From Octopus vulgaris (lineage: Eukaryota), in the NCBI GenBank assembly GCA_951406725.2, contig OX597815.1, forward strand, positions 37,262,001 to 37,326,000: a stretch of 64,000 nucleotides of DNA. Reading direction: 5' to 3'. The translations under genes and the position numbers were made by a program. Within the stretch, counting starts at the first letter, position 1. Every line of letters begins with the position of its first letter. Shown in pieces: positions 17,221 to 29,602 of the stretch. The notes under the pieces are model-generated. The model saw only the letters and a program-made list of their open reading frames with translations, did no database searches and was not told the DNA's origin.

Positions 17221-17387
17221 TATATACGACGGGCTTCTTTCAGTTTCCGCCTACCAAATTCACTCACAAGTCTTTGGTCGGCCCGAGGCTATAGTAGAAG
17301 ACACTTGCCCAAGTTACCATGCAGTGGGACTGAACCAGGAAACGTGGTTTTCAAGTAATTTACTTACCACACAGCCACCCCTACGCC
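17221..17387 (-). mobile_element. tRNA SINE family 1, 5' half
   Basis: Reverse complement of 50699-50865. Confidence 0.85.
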
Positions 17388-18225
17388 TATATTCATTCAT
17401 AAACATATACACAGGTTCAAATAGAGATTGTTACGCGTGTGCGCACTTACACACGCATACACACACACACACACACGCGCACACACACTCACACACAAAC
17501 ACACACTCACACGCACTCACACACATGTAATTCATTAGCACATGCAATCATAGATAGTTAACATCCACATATACGTAAAACAACGAACATATGTACATGT
17601 TTAAATAATGTTTATCCGAAAGCCATTTTAAGTCTAATAATGGAGTATTTACTGATGGTATGACTCTATACTGAAAGAAAAATTCATTGTGAGAGCCAAG
17701 TTGACTGGGATTTCACAATAAATATGCAGACATACTCACACGCGCTCGCGCGCACTCACACAGTGGCACACACACATACACACATACACACATACACACA
17801 TACACAGATGCGCAGAAACACAGAGACACTCTCACACAGTCACAAATACCTACACACCCTCATACGCGCACACAAGCGAACGTATATACGGTCATGTTCC
17901 CGTTTACGAACGTACTCAAATACACATCTAGCTATACCAACATATAAACTATTTTTGGTATGGTTATCTATAAAGGCAGAGCAAAGTGTCGAAGTGTCTG
18001 ACTGAATAGTAAGTTTTGTGCACACATATGCGAATTCTGAGTGTGTTGGTTTGACTGAAAAATTATGATTTTTTAGGATTTCGTTGTATAGCGTGTGAGG
18101 TAGTGGTGGTGGTGGTGTGTGTGTGTGTATATCTGTGTGTGTGTGTGTATATCTGTGTGTGTGTGTGTGTGAATTTGACAACTCATATGCATATATATAT
18201 AGATGTATAAATCTACATCACTACA

Positions 18226-18386
18226 CTCACGGAGTGGTTGGCGTTAGGAAGGGCATCCAGCCGTAGAAACACTGCCAGATCAGACTGGGCCTGGTGCAGC
18301 CTTCTGGCTTCCCAGACCCCAGTTGAACCGTCCAACCCATGCTAGCATGGAAAGCGGACGCTAAATGATGATGATGATGATGATGA
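18226..18386 (+). mobile_element. 3' part of a SINE with a Nin-like central domain and (ATG)n tail
   Basis: tggcgttaggaagggcatccagccgtagaaa...gctagcatggaaagcggacgctaaatgatgatg; short related tail at 25475-25560. Confidence 0.6.
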
Positions 18387-18637
18387 TATATGTATCTATG
18401 TATGCATGTACAGATATGCACGCATATGCATATATACACGCATGCATATGCATTTATATATGAATATAATTGTTTATATGTATGTATGTCTAAATCTATC
18501 TATCCATCATCAAAATACATACACACACACACACACACAAACATATTATTTTGTTAAGTTTATTTCTACAGAAATTATAGCCAGCACTGATTTTTTCTAC
18601 AACATTTCGTATATATATATATATATATATATATATA

Positions 18638-18815
18638 ACGGAAGGTTTACGAAAATAAACAAAAGACGAAGGCAGGTGGCGTACAAACAAATAATGTATT
18701 AGTATGGCGCTCAGGAATAGAAATAAAACAAGTCTTTTACGTTTCGAGCCTACGCTCTTCGACAGAAAGATACACAGAAAAGAAACAAGGAGAGAAAAAA
18801 ATTGCGTGCAGGGGT
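18638..18815 (-). mobile_element. Hammerhead-bearing repeat family C; second copy 43900-44115
   Basis: High identity between the two copies; both start at a (TA)n tract. Confidence 0.75.
18733..18770 (-). ncRNA. Very short hammerhead-like motif, family C, variant core CTGTCGA
   Basis: tcttt-CTGTCGA-a-gagc-gtag-gctc-GAAA-cg-TA-aaaga. Confidence 0.62.
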
Positions 18816-19021
18816 TAACGATCCAAATGATATGTGAGGTTTGGGTACCCAGAACACCAAAAATGGCAGATAATTCCCATGTAAGTACTACGGAAAGATC
18901 ATAGTCCGACTCCCGGTTCGATAATAGTATGAGTGAGGAGTCTAATGCGGGTCGTGTGTGAGCATGTATATGCTAAATAAAACGAGACAACAAAGCCAAG
19001 GCAGTATAAAGAGTAAGGTAG

Positions 19022-19067
19022 TCTTACAGTTGTTTCAGAGATATGTGGGATATCCCTTCATCAGAGA
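19022..19067 (-). ncRNA. Hammerhead motif, family D, weak stem I
   Basis: tct-CTGATGA-agggatat-cccac-atatctct-GAAA-caactg-TA-aga. Confidence 0.65.
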
Positions 19068-19221
19068 TGATATGAGAGTGTTCAACAGAGGGCAATAGTA
19101 GAGATCAGTATAAGTTGTTTTGGAAACGGAGAGATATAGGAGCTATAAAAGGAAATAAGGGAATAAACATAAAAATATATTTACTTTTATTTTTATTCCT
19201 TTATTTTCCTCTATACTTGCT

Positions 19222-20885
19222 CTATCTTACCCTTTGCATGACCGAACGCACGATACTGATTGGTTCCGATAGGTGGCTATTCATATGGACTACCGAGCAG
19301 ATGACGTTGTACATGGCAGCGACCCAACCGCGGAAAACTGGACCGAAACCGACCGCTGTGAGAACAGCCGTCAAATACTGATGGTCAACTCTATCTAAGG
19401 CTTTTGACTGATCTAAATTGATCAGAGCCCCACCTATCCATGATGTATGGCATGAGGTGGAGGTTCTTGTGGATGGATCTGTTTGGGACGGCGCATGTTT
19501 GTGCGTCTCCAACCAGTTTCTCGATGACGAGCACCAACCTCTTCACTAACACTTTGGCCAGAATTTTCATGTCTGCATTAAGCAGAGTGATGGGCCTAAA
19601 ATTATCTAGTACCTCTCCTTGGTTTGGATTCTTTCTGAGCAAGAGCACTGCTCCTCAGCTCACAGATTTGGAAATTCTCTCATTCTGTTCCCAGTTGCAG
19701 TAGGTATCTGCCAAGAGGCCTGCAAAGAAGTCTGGCATACTAGAATAAAGCTCGTAGGACAGACCATCTAATACCGGCGATTTGCGCCCCCGTGCAGCCC
19801 ATTATCTCATCCCGTATTTTCTCAATTGTTATCGGCCTTTCGCAACACTCCGATTCTCTTGCTGAGAGTTTGGCAGGCCATCGAGGTAGGCAGTGAAATC
19901 TATCCTGCGATTCGGCCCACTGTTCGTTCACCGTGAGCCCATTTTGATCTACCAAAGACTGAATGATGTTCTTGTTGCCATTTTGCGCCTAAGCCACCCG
20001 GGTCTATCGGGCAGCATTGGTTCCCTCTTGTCTCAGAGGACGTGCCTTAGCTCTGAAAATGCAGCCTTCGTGCTTGGAGTTGAGGTGTTCATGGAGGCCA
20101 ACCTGGCTGCCAGCACGTCAGTTGCAATGCCTTTCCTAAGCGCCTCTTCTAGTTTTCTCACTAAATCGCCCTCTAATCTACTTCTTTCTACTGCTAAAAC
20201 TTTGCTAAATCTAACTAATTCTACTATGTTATACCATCATATATTATTGACGATTGCCTCCCACAAAACTTTCTGAACTAACTCTTTAATTCCGTCTCTG
20301 TAAGTTTGGCACGCCGGGAGTGACGTGTTCAGCTTCCAGTAGCCGGGGCCCTGGATGTGTGTAACCAAATATTTGAAATTGTGGACAACTAATACTATCT
20401 CTATCTAAAGACCTGCAAAATACTATATCTAGATACGATCTGAATGTTCCGACGCGGTTTGCCCATGTCCACATTGGCGCATTCGGGAAATCCAGTCGGT
20501 ACCTGTCAGACAGTTGAAAGTATCTGAGCAAGTTTGTGAGGTCTTTGCAACCCCCTTTCCTATCGGCTAGCCCCACACAATCCAATTGTGCATCTGAGAT
20601 GGCGTTGAAATCACCCACTAGCACTAAAGCTACGGACGTACCCAAGAAGACCTCCAGATGCCCGAAGTATTCCGGCTGTCCTGCACTTGTCGCTGCGTAA
20701 ACAGACACCAGTCTGACGGGCTTACGGTTACTACCATTTACATCCAGGACCACCAGCTTACCTTCTAGGACCAAGAAGACTGACCTTATTTTGAGATCCA
20801 GACCTTTCCGAAACAATACCACAGTACCCCCCACCACCCATTCCCCGCCGACACGGAGATGAGTAGACCTCGTTGACATCGAAAA
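19222..20885 (-). pseudogene. Tx1-like (L1 group) LINE ORF2, frameshifted: APE endonuclease plus N-terminal half of RT
   Basis: LVSVYA, VGDFNA, MWTW, SYLD (APE); NFRPITLLNADMKILAKVL, LDQSKALDRVDHQYL (RT). Confidence 0.85.
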
Positions 20886-20972
20886 TGGGCATGAAACTGG
20901 ACATGTTGGAACTAGGACAAGTTCACTGTTTCTCAGCGGGGCTGTTGAGTGCTATTTTTCTATGTCATTCTG

Positions 20973-21425
20973 GGATCTTTTCGGTTTGAACGGCAGTTTT
21001 TTCTAGCGGTGTCATATGAAATTGTCACCCATAATTATGACACTAGTATCGATCTATTGCATTTCAATCTGTTTTAGGGTTAGGGTTAGTTAGGGTTAGA
21101 GTTAGGGTTAGGTTTAGAGTTAGAATGGGGGAACGGTATCTTTCTTTCTTCACAAATGTAAATAAACCCAATCTGTTTCTTAAACGAGGGACATATTCAT
21201 ACGGCACAGAATGTTTTTTTACCTCAAAAGACGTCAGTGATTGGTTGAAATTGCAGAAATTGAAGAAAAAAAAAACAACTAATATCCTACAAACTATAGA
21301 ATTTTCTCAATAAAGCCAAGAGAAAAATAATTTTTTATAAACATATTCCACCAGTATACGAAGTTTAACATTTTTTAGTTACTTAGAAATTATGTTAAAA
21401 ACTGCCGTTCAAACCAAAAAGATCC
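20973..21425. mobile_element. 453 bp MITE with 28 bp TIRs, 8 bp TSD and internal (TTAGGG)n-like array
   Basis: TIR ggatcttttYggtttgaacggcagtttt (1 mismatch); TSD tcattctg at 20965-20972 and 21426-21433; telomere-like repeats at 21075-21124. Confidence 0.92.
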
Positions 21426-21433
21426 TCATTCTG

Positions 21434-21975
21434 TAACAAATCTGACTTCAGTTGTACCATATTTCTTATCCCTCGACAAATATATTACGTCTTTCCAAAT
21501 GGCTTGCAAGCATTTTTCAAATGTTTGCTTTGTGGCAGTTTCTAAACGTCTATCTTTTAAAGATATAGTTTTGTGCACTATGGTATGTCTGTTTGTATTG
21601 TCTATAATACCTAAAGGTGTGTTTTATCGAAATAAATCTTTCGCTTTTTCTTTTCAACATGTTTCTGTAGTCTTTGAGAGATTCTACAGAAACTTTAATG
21701 AATTCATTTCTAAGCTTCGCCATAAAAACAAAACCTCGGCTATTTAATGCATTGGGTTGTTGTTGTTGAGTGTTCAATGTGTTAATGCTACTGGAGGTAA
21801 TGGGAGGGCTTGGATTCACAGGTGTTGCTACGCTAGCAGCGTCCATTAGCTAAATTTCCTTCCTCTTCATTCTCGCGTTTCTTTTCTTCTTTTTCCTTCT
21901 GCTGCTGAGCGTTACACGTGCTAGCAAGAATTTTGTCGTCCCTCTCTCTGCCTTTTAAGGCGCGGAGAGGGCGGA
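21434..21975 (-). pseudogene. Probable 5' UTR and ORF1 start of the Tx1-like LINE, split from ORF2 by the MITE
   Basis: Same strand and directly upstream of the APE ORF; MDAASVATP... then EKCLQAIWKDVIYLSRDKKYGTTEVRF; no domain recognised. Confidence 0.4.
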
Positions 21976-22326
21976 GATAATTAATTTTTAAACTTTTATT
22001 GCTGATTTACAACAGCCAGAGGAGGGAAGTCAAAACAAAAAGAATAGCTGACACTATTCTCCAAGGACATTTTAAAATTGAAAAATGAAAACAAAATGGA
22101 GAATTTAAATTGAAAATTCTCCCATAAGGTGTAAAGTCTCGCCTAACAAGTCAGTTTAGCAAGGACCCAGTCAGCCTGGCCACAGAAATGTCGTAAAAAT
22201 ATTTTCAGATAGAACAGTATTATCTGTAAAAATTAAACCAAAGCTTACAGATCACGAATACACATCCTTCTTTGAAATCTACGAGCAGAGTTGATAATAA
22301 TAATTATAATAAGGATGATAATAATA

Positions 22327-22383
<57 letters not shown>

Positions 22384-22397
22384 TTAATAATAATAAA

Positions 22398-22952
22398 TGA
22401 CCTGATGCAGTACCAGGCAGTGGCTCTCATGGCTTCTGATCTTAACTGATTGGAAGTGTTATCATGTACATTGTTTTGTCTTGGTATAAAAGATGGGCTA
22501 CAGCAAATATTCTGCTCAATACCACAGATTTGCTTGTCAGTTGTTTGACCTTAACCAGTTGAGCATATCCCTTAGTGGCTGACAATATGTGCATCTCTGA
22601 TCACGAGCAGAAGTAGTGGGGGAGCATCATAGCCATGTGTTGAGAAGGATTCTTTGGGGTTTGAATAATTCACCTCTGGAAACATGGGTGTTTCGTTCAA
22701 TGTCCTTAAACAACCCTTATTCAGGGACCTTTTGAGCGGGATGGGTTACTCGATCTGAAGAAAATTCTAACTGGGATCCACCTGCAAGGTCATGTGCTGT
22801 TTATCTTGATATGAGATCACCATCTCGCGCACATATGGTTGTGATGCATGTGCCTGGTGTACCCTTATCAGACGGGTAGTCATGATGGGTATACTGGGCT
22901 TCATATATTTTACCCCAGTGTCACTTTAATGGCATGCTCTGCTCGCTCACTC
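22398..22952 (+). mobile_element. Full-length ~555 bp (AAT)n-embedded element
   Basis: (AAT)n on both sides; six copies or fragments in the window. Confidence 0.88.
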
Positions 22953-22975
22953 AATAATAATAATAATAATAATAA

Positions 22976-23558
22976 ATACCCTGATCTAATACCAGGACAG
23001 TGGCTATCATGGCTTCTAATCTTAACTGATTGGAAGTGTTATCATGTGCATTGTTTTACCTTGGTATAAAAGATGGGCCACAGCAAATATTCTGTTCAAT
23101 ACCACAAATTTACTTGTCAGTTGTTTGACCTTAACCAGTTGAGCATGTCCCTTAGTGGCTGACGCTATTTACATCTCTGATCATGAACAGAAGTAGTGGA
23201 GGAGCAGCATAGCCATGTGTTGAGAGGAATACTTTGAGATTTGGATAATTCACCTTTTGAAACATGGGTGTTTTGTTCATCATCCTTAAACAACCCTTAT
23301 TCAGGGTCCTTTTGAGCAGGATGGGCTCAATTCTAACCGAGCGCCGTCTGCAAGATCATATGTTGGTATGATATCACGATGTCGCACACATATGGTCATG
23401 CGCTGTTTATCTTCATACGAGATCACCATGTCGCGCACACATGGTTGTGATGCATGTGCCTAATGTACCTTTAGCAGACGGGTAGTCATGATGGGTATAC
23501 TGGGCTTCGTATATTTTACTCCGGTATCACTTTGAGGGCATGCACTGCTCTCTCACTC
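22976..23558 (+). mobile_element. Second, more diverged tandem copy of the (AAT)n element
   Basis: Colinear with 22398-22952, with a small internal duplication. Confidence 0.88.
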
Positions 23559-23604
23559 AATAATAATAATGATATAATAATAATAATAATAATAACAATA
23601 ATAA

Positions 23605-23648
<44 letters not shown>

Positions 23649-23650
<2 letters not shown>

Positions 23651-23878
23651 CGTAGAAGTGACTGCATGATAAGTAGCTTGCTTAAAAACCACATGGTTCC
23701 GGGTTCAGTTCTACTGCTTGGCACCTTGGGCAAGTGTCTTCTACTATAGCCTCGGGCCGACCAAAGACTTGTGAGTGGATTTGGTTGATGGAAACTGAAA
23801 GAAGCCCGTCGTATATATATATTCTATCTTCTGTATGTTTCAGTCATTTAGACTGCGGCCATGATGGGTCACCACCTT
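23649..23878. mobile_element. SINE family 1 5' half (+) followed by an inverted 3' tail fragment
   Basis: Matches 50699-50862 and reverse complement of 51044-51090. Confidence 0.75.
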
Positions 23879-23905
23879 GAATATAAATATATATGTATAT
23901 TTATT

Positions 23906-24296
23906 ATCAAAATAAGCAACAAGGATATCCAGAGGTAATGCAGTACAATCGTATCATGCGACTCCATTTAATTGAACAATGCAAACATTACATCAATTTA
24001 AAATGTAAAGCTATCTTCAGCTGCACAAAACATGGAATTTAATTAAATTTAATTCAATTTAATTCTATGTTTTCTGTGCAGCTGAAGATTGCTCTACATT
24101 TTAAATTGCTGTAATGTTTGCATTGTTCAATTAAATGGAATCGCATGAAACGATTGTACTGCATTACCTCTGGATATCCTTGTTGGTTATTTTGATTATA
24201 ATCACCTTATTTTAAATTTTATGGATAATAACATAATAAATTCTGCTGCCTCAACTTAAGTACCATATTCCTCTGAATCTAAATCTTTACTGAACT

Positions 24297-24300
<4 letters not shown>
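23906..24300. mobile_element. Family E inverted pLTR-like repeat; arms 23906-24040 and 24061-24196
   Basis: ~135 bp inverted arms; homologues at 49487-49818 and 58612-58793. Confidence 0.8.
24077..24163 (+). ncRNA. Type I hammerhead, family E, long stem II; the inverted partner at 23938-24025 has GATA
   Basis: tgcag-CTGAAGA-ttgc...gcat-GAAA-cgattg-TA-ctgca. Confidence 0.68.
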
Positions 24301-24334
<34 letters not shown>

Positions 24335-24813
24335 GAAAGTAGTACAGTGACCTTGCCGTGAGGAGTGGAATATCCAACGTTTAGGATTCAATCCAACGTT
24401 AGCGGACAGAAAAAAAGTCAAACAGAGTTTACATCCTCTCAGCTTGAATAAACTGGCTACAATTAATAATGTATATCACAAACACAGACATACACACGGA
24501 CACAATCACACACACACATACACACACACACGTTCTATCCCACTGCATATCATCTTGGGCAATTATTTCCCAATTTAGCCCTTGGTCTGCCACAGCGTTG
24601 TGTGTGGATTTCGAAAACAGAAACTGAAGTTGTTGTAGAGGCAATATAAGTAGCCACACATGTATGCGTGCGTATGTATTTTTGTCTGCACCCTCCACTT
24701 TACAGTCTGTGATGGTTTGTTTACGTCTTCGTAATCTACAGTTCAACAAAAGCTACAATGAAAAAATTTCTTCGGACTCTTCGACTGAAACTAGAAAAAG
24801 CCACGCCTCCTGC

Positions 24814-24867
<54 letters not shown>

Positions 24868-24963
24868 GTATGTATATATGCGTTTGTGTATATATTCATA
24901 TTTATGTATATGCATATATATATATATATGCATATACATATATACATATATACATATATATAC

Positions 24964-25005
<42 letters not shown>

Positions 25006-25141
25006 GTATCTATATCTATGTATCGTTTTTATGTTACTTGTCCTGTTTTCCATTTGTTTCTCTGGTTGTTTGCATATTGAACTCATTTGTTTTCGTATTT
25101 AATGTTGTCCTCTACTCGTACATGTATATATATACGTATAT

Positions 25142-25312
<171 letters not shown>

Positions 25313-25502
25313 AGTCTGTGTGTGTATATACATATTGATAGGCATATATATGTATTTGTATACATATATGTATATACATACACACGCACGCACGCACACA
25401 CACACACACACATTGTGTTCTCATGTTTGGATTAACTTTATATATATGTATATGTGTATGTATATGTATGTACATGCCATCATGCAAACCGGATGTTAAA
25501 CA

Positions 25503-25560
<58 letters not shown>

Positions 25561-26203
25561 GTACAAGTCTATATATCATCGAAAACATATAGACATACAT
25601 GCAATGAGATGTTCTGAATATACTGCAATTTTCCGGATTAATCATTCCTTGTCTTCTCATATTTCTAACATGGAGTCATTTCTAACTCGAAAAGAGGAGT
25701 AAAGGAGTCACCATAAAGCCTCAAAATAACCTAAGCTTATAACTTTATAAAGACAATGAAAAAATAAGAAAATAAGAAAAGGGAAGCCGACGTGTTGTAT
25801 ATCTGGATATATCATTCTCTATCCTCTTAATAGATGGAGGTTTAATATATAGACCTTGATACAAGAGAGCTTTGTCACACTTGTAATGCCTTTTGATAAC
25901 AGATTATGTCGAACTATTTTTTTTTTTTTAAATAACAATAGTGGCAACACTCATATTAAAAGTACATCTAGTATGCAAGAATTTATTGTTACACAAATAC
26001 ACAAACTCACATTGTCCCTCACGCGCAAAAACACACACTTACACTCTCTTCGTGCCACTCATTCTCACACACATATGCAAACAAACACAGAGACTGAGAG
26101 AGAGAGAAAGAGAGTGAATGAGTAAGACAGACAGAGGCAGAGAAAAGAGGACATCCAGTGGAAATCCTCAAATAAATGTCGATTTCCGTATCAGACGTGA
26201 TTT

Positions 26204-26375
26204 AAGGCCGAGAACTGGCAGAACCATTATCATGCTTGGCAGCATTTCGTCCGTCTTTACAATCTGAGTACAAATTCACACGAGTTTGACTTTGCCTTTT
26301 ATCCTTTCGATGTCGCTGAAATAAGTACCAGTTGAGCACTGAGATCATTGTAAATGATTTATACCCCGCCCTGAA
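26204..26375 (+). mobile_element. SINE family 2 (Meta-like central domain); other copies 29040-29250 (-) and 63855-64000 (-)
   Basis: gactttgcctttYatcctttcg..gtcg..aaataagtaccag shared between copies. Confidence 0.65.
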
Positions 26376-26380
26376 GTTAC

Positions 26381-26438
<58 letters not shown>

Positions 26439-27453
26439 CATTATTATTATTACTATTATTATTATTATTATTAGTAGTAGTAGTTTATAAGTGATCACAG
26501 TGCATAAGCTTTAGACTTATAAAATATTATTTACAGAATTATTAAATCGACACCGCTCATCAAAAATTACTGGCCTTGTGCCAAAATTTGAAACCAATAT
26601 TTGCTGTGATTCTAATGTTAGTGTACATTATATACAAGTCAATTCTAATCAAGCAGACCTTTAATTGTGCATGTTTTAGTTAGCTGATTGGGCTGTATCA
26701 ATGGCCATTTACAGGCCCTTCGAGACTGGTGGGAGGAAAATGTCTTCAAACTGGAGACCTGCACGAATGCTCGCAACACATTTTATACCACTAAACTCAT
26801 TCAATATACCAGATGTGGTGTAAACCAGGTGATGGATTAAGTTAACTCTGCCACAGGTTTTGGACTCAAAACGCAAGCAGCTAGAACAAATACGACGAGG
26901 AAACCGACCTAAAGTTCATACAGTTGCGCTAATCCGCCACTGACCCAGAAAGGCAAAAAAGAATAAGTTGGCATCGGCGAAATTTAAATTAAGAGCGCTG
27001 AAAGTCGAAATAAAACTGCGAGTAAAACTTGTAAATTGCTCTATTTTCACAAAATTAAATGTTCAATATTGTTTTCAATTGGAGAGGGGCTGCTGTAAAT
27101 AAATATTTCGCATAGTTCACGAATACGATTTTTCATGGAATAGTTTACAAGAAGTGTATGTTAATGTTTGGACACACACGCACTCCCCCCCCCCCCACAC
27201 ATGCACACTTACACACACACACACACACACACACATACAAACACAGAAGTTGCCGGACATTTAGCGATACGTAAAACCGAATCTCTAGTGAGACATTTTT
27301 TTATCTTTTTATTTATTTACATAACCGAAGAGACCCAAAACGAGTCGAAACGTGTACTTCATAAAATCTTTCTTTTCAATCTATTTTATTAATACTGTTA
27401 TATATATATATATATTGTATCTACATTTTTTTATGTCCTGTACCCATACATGC

Positions 27454-27497
<44 letters not shown>

Positions 27498-27504
<7 letters not shown>

Positions 27505-27606
27505 TAAAAAATGGAGTTAACGCAGGTTTAAACAAGTATTTTTACTTTCTACATATGTTTCAAAATACTTGTTTAAACCTGCGTTAACTCCATTTTTTAT
27601 TCATAT
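27498..27606. repeat. 45 bp perfect inverted repeat with a 19 nt loop
   Basis: Arms 27498-27542 and 27562-27606; loop reads GAAA-catatg-TA-gaaag on the minus strand. Confidence 0.9.
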
Positions 27607-27747
27607 TATTCAAATATTCAACGTAAACACGAAGTTTCAACCTTTATAAACAAGGAGTTACAACATCTTTACTTGTGAGATTTTTGCTGCCCTGGTAACT
27701 ATTCATTCATTTATCCGTGTTAATTGTTAACAAGGTAAAATACACTC

Positions 27748-27801
<54 letters not shown>

Positions 27802-28937
27802 TTCTCGAATCATATAGAGACTCATACCGCCGGTTTCCCAATTTCCGTGACGCATACATTCCGCCCTGGACAGGAAACCCGTGTCTGTTGCAGGATTATT
27901 CATTTTTTGCCAGCTGAGTGGACTGGAGCAACGTGAAATGTACTGTTTTGCTCAAGTACACAACGTCTCGCCAGATCGAAGAAAGTAAACCACAATCTAA
28001 CGATCCTGTGTCCAACAGCTTAAGTACTAAGCCACGCGTCTACACACACACACCCACACACAAACACACTCACACACACACATATGTTCTATCCGATGAA
28101 TTTTTGATAAGCGGTGTCGATTTAATAATTCTGTAAATAATATTTTATAAGCCTAAAGCTTATGCATTGTGATCACTTATAAACTTTAAGCTTATAAAAT
28201 ATTACACTCAGACACACACATACACACGCACATTTTTGAATTTAATCCAATGCAAGTTAGAAGGAAGAATACAAATCGGTCATCTGTACTTTTTCCTTGT
28301 TGATTTTGTGTTTGAGTGTGTATGCGCGTATATACCAGCACATGTGTATGACAATTATGTATTCATCTGTGTGTACATGTTCCTTCTAAACATATTAACG
28401 TTCACTGAGTTATCTTATGAATCAGATTCAATCCTCTTCACCAGGAAATCGAAAACGAACCGGTGCCTCAGCTCTCCAGAAGAGTTCCTTCTTTATTTTG
28501 TGTTACTCTTTATATTATTATGATTAGTGTATGGGATGCACACCCATTTTATGGTGAGCCTATGGCGCTCATTGCAATATTTTGATTGCATACAACAATC
28601 TTGAATTCGATGATGGAAAGAGGAGAGTTCTGATATTCGCATCAATTTCAAATATATTACGGCTTTCCCGCTTTGGCACAAGGCTTCAATTTAGAGATTG
28701 TGTATAAATTTAGAGATTGCTATAGTTGCTTTAATAGTTGGCTATACCCGGAAGAATGAAAGCTGATCTCATAAAAATTCAGTCGATTAAGATACCAGAA
28801 ATAAATATCGTAGGATCTTAAATGATGTCACTCTATCGTTTCCGCCATTCAATCGCCTTAAAAATAACTACTGCAATAACAGCTACTACTACTAGAAAGA
28901 ATACAAATCAGTGATCTATACCTTTTCCTTGGTAGTG

Positions 28938-28992
<55 letters not shown>

Positions 28993-29039
28993 AAGTAGTT
29001 GCGGCAGCAGCAGCAGTAGCACTTTAAAAAAATATATTT

Positions 29040-29250
29040 CAAACGTTGGCACAAGTCTGATATTTTTGATACTAAGGTATAAGCCGATTGCATCAACCCC
29101 AATACATGTCTGGTACTTTATTTTATCGGCCTCGAAGGGGTGAAAGGCAAAGTTAACCACGGTGTGATTTGAGCTCAGAACATAAAGAGCTGGAAAAAGT
29201 GCTACTCAGCATTTTGTCCGGTGCGTTAACGCTTCTGCCAGCTTGCCGCT
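29040..29250 (-). mobile_element. SINE family 2
   Basis: Reverse complement resembles 26204-26375. Confidence 0.65.
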
Positions 29251-29307
<57 letters not shown>

Positions 29308-29308
29308 T

Positions 29309-29377
<69 letters not shown>

Positions 29378-29380
<3 letters not shown>

Positions 29381-29510
29381 CCCTGATGCAGTACAAGACA
29401 GTGGCTATCATGGCTTCTGATCTTAACTGATTGGAAGTGTTATCATGTACCTAAGGCACACAGAGCTGCGCTCGGTAGTGAAGTGAAAGCACGCTATAAA
29501 AATAAAACTA

Positions 29511-29513
<3 letters not shown>
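29378..29513 (+). mobile_element. Chimera: first ~72 nt of the AAT element joined to a different (AAT)-tailed 3' end
   Basis: Match to 22398 ends at atcatgtac, then ctaaggcacacagagctgcgctcgg...ctactgaataataat. Confidence 0.65.
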
Positions 29514-29572
<59 letters not shown>

Positions 29573-29602
29573 TAATAATAATAATAATAAAAATAAAAAT
29601 AA

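Noticed and set aside
21075-21124. True telomere or chromosome fusion scar
   Set aside because: Short, degenerate and internal to a TSD-bounded MITE
22300-23610. CRISPR-like repeat-spacer pattern
   Set aside because: The repeats are AAT microsatellites and the spacers are homologous; eukaryotic context with no cas genes
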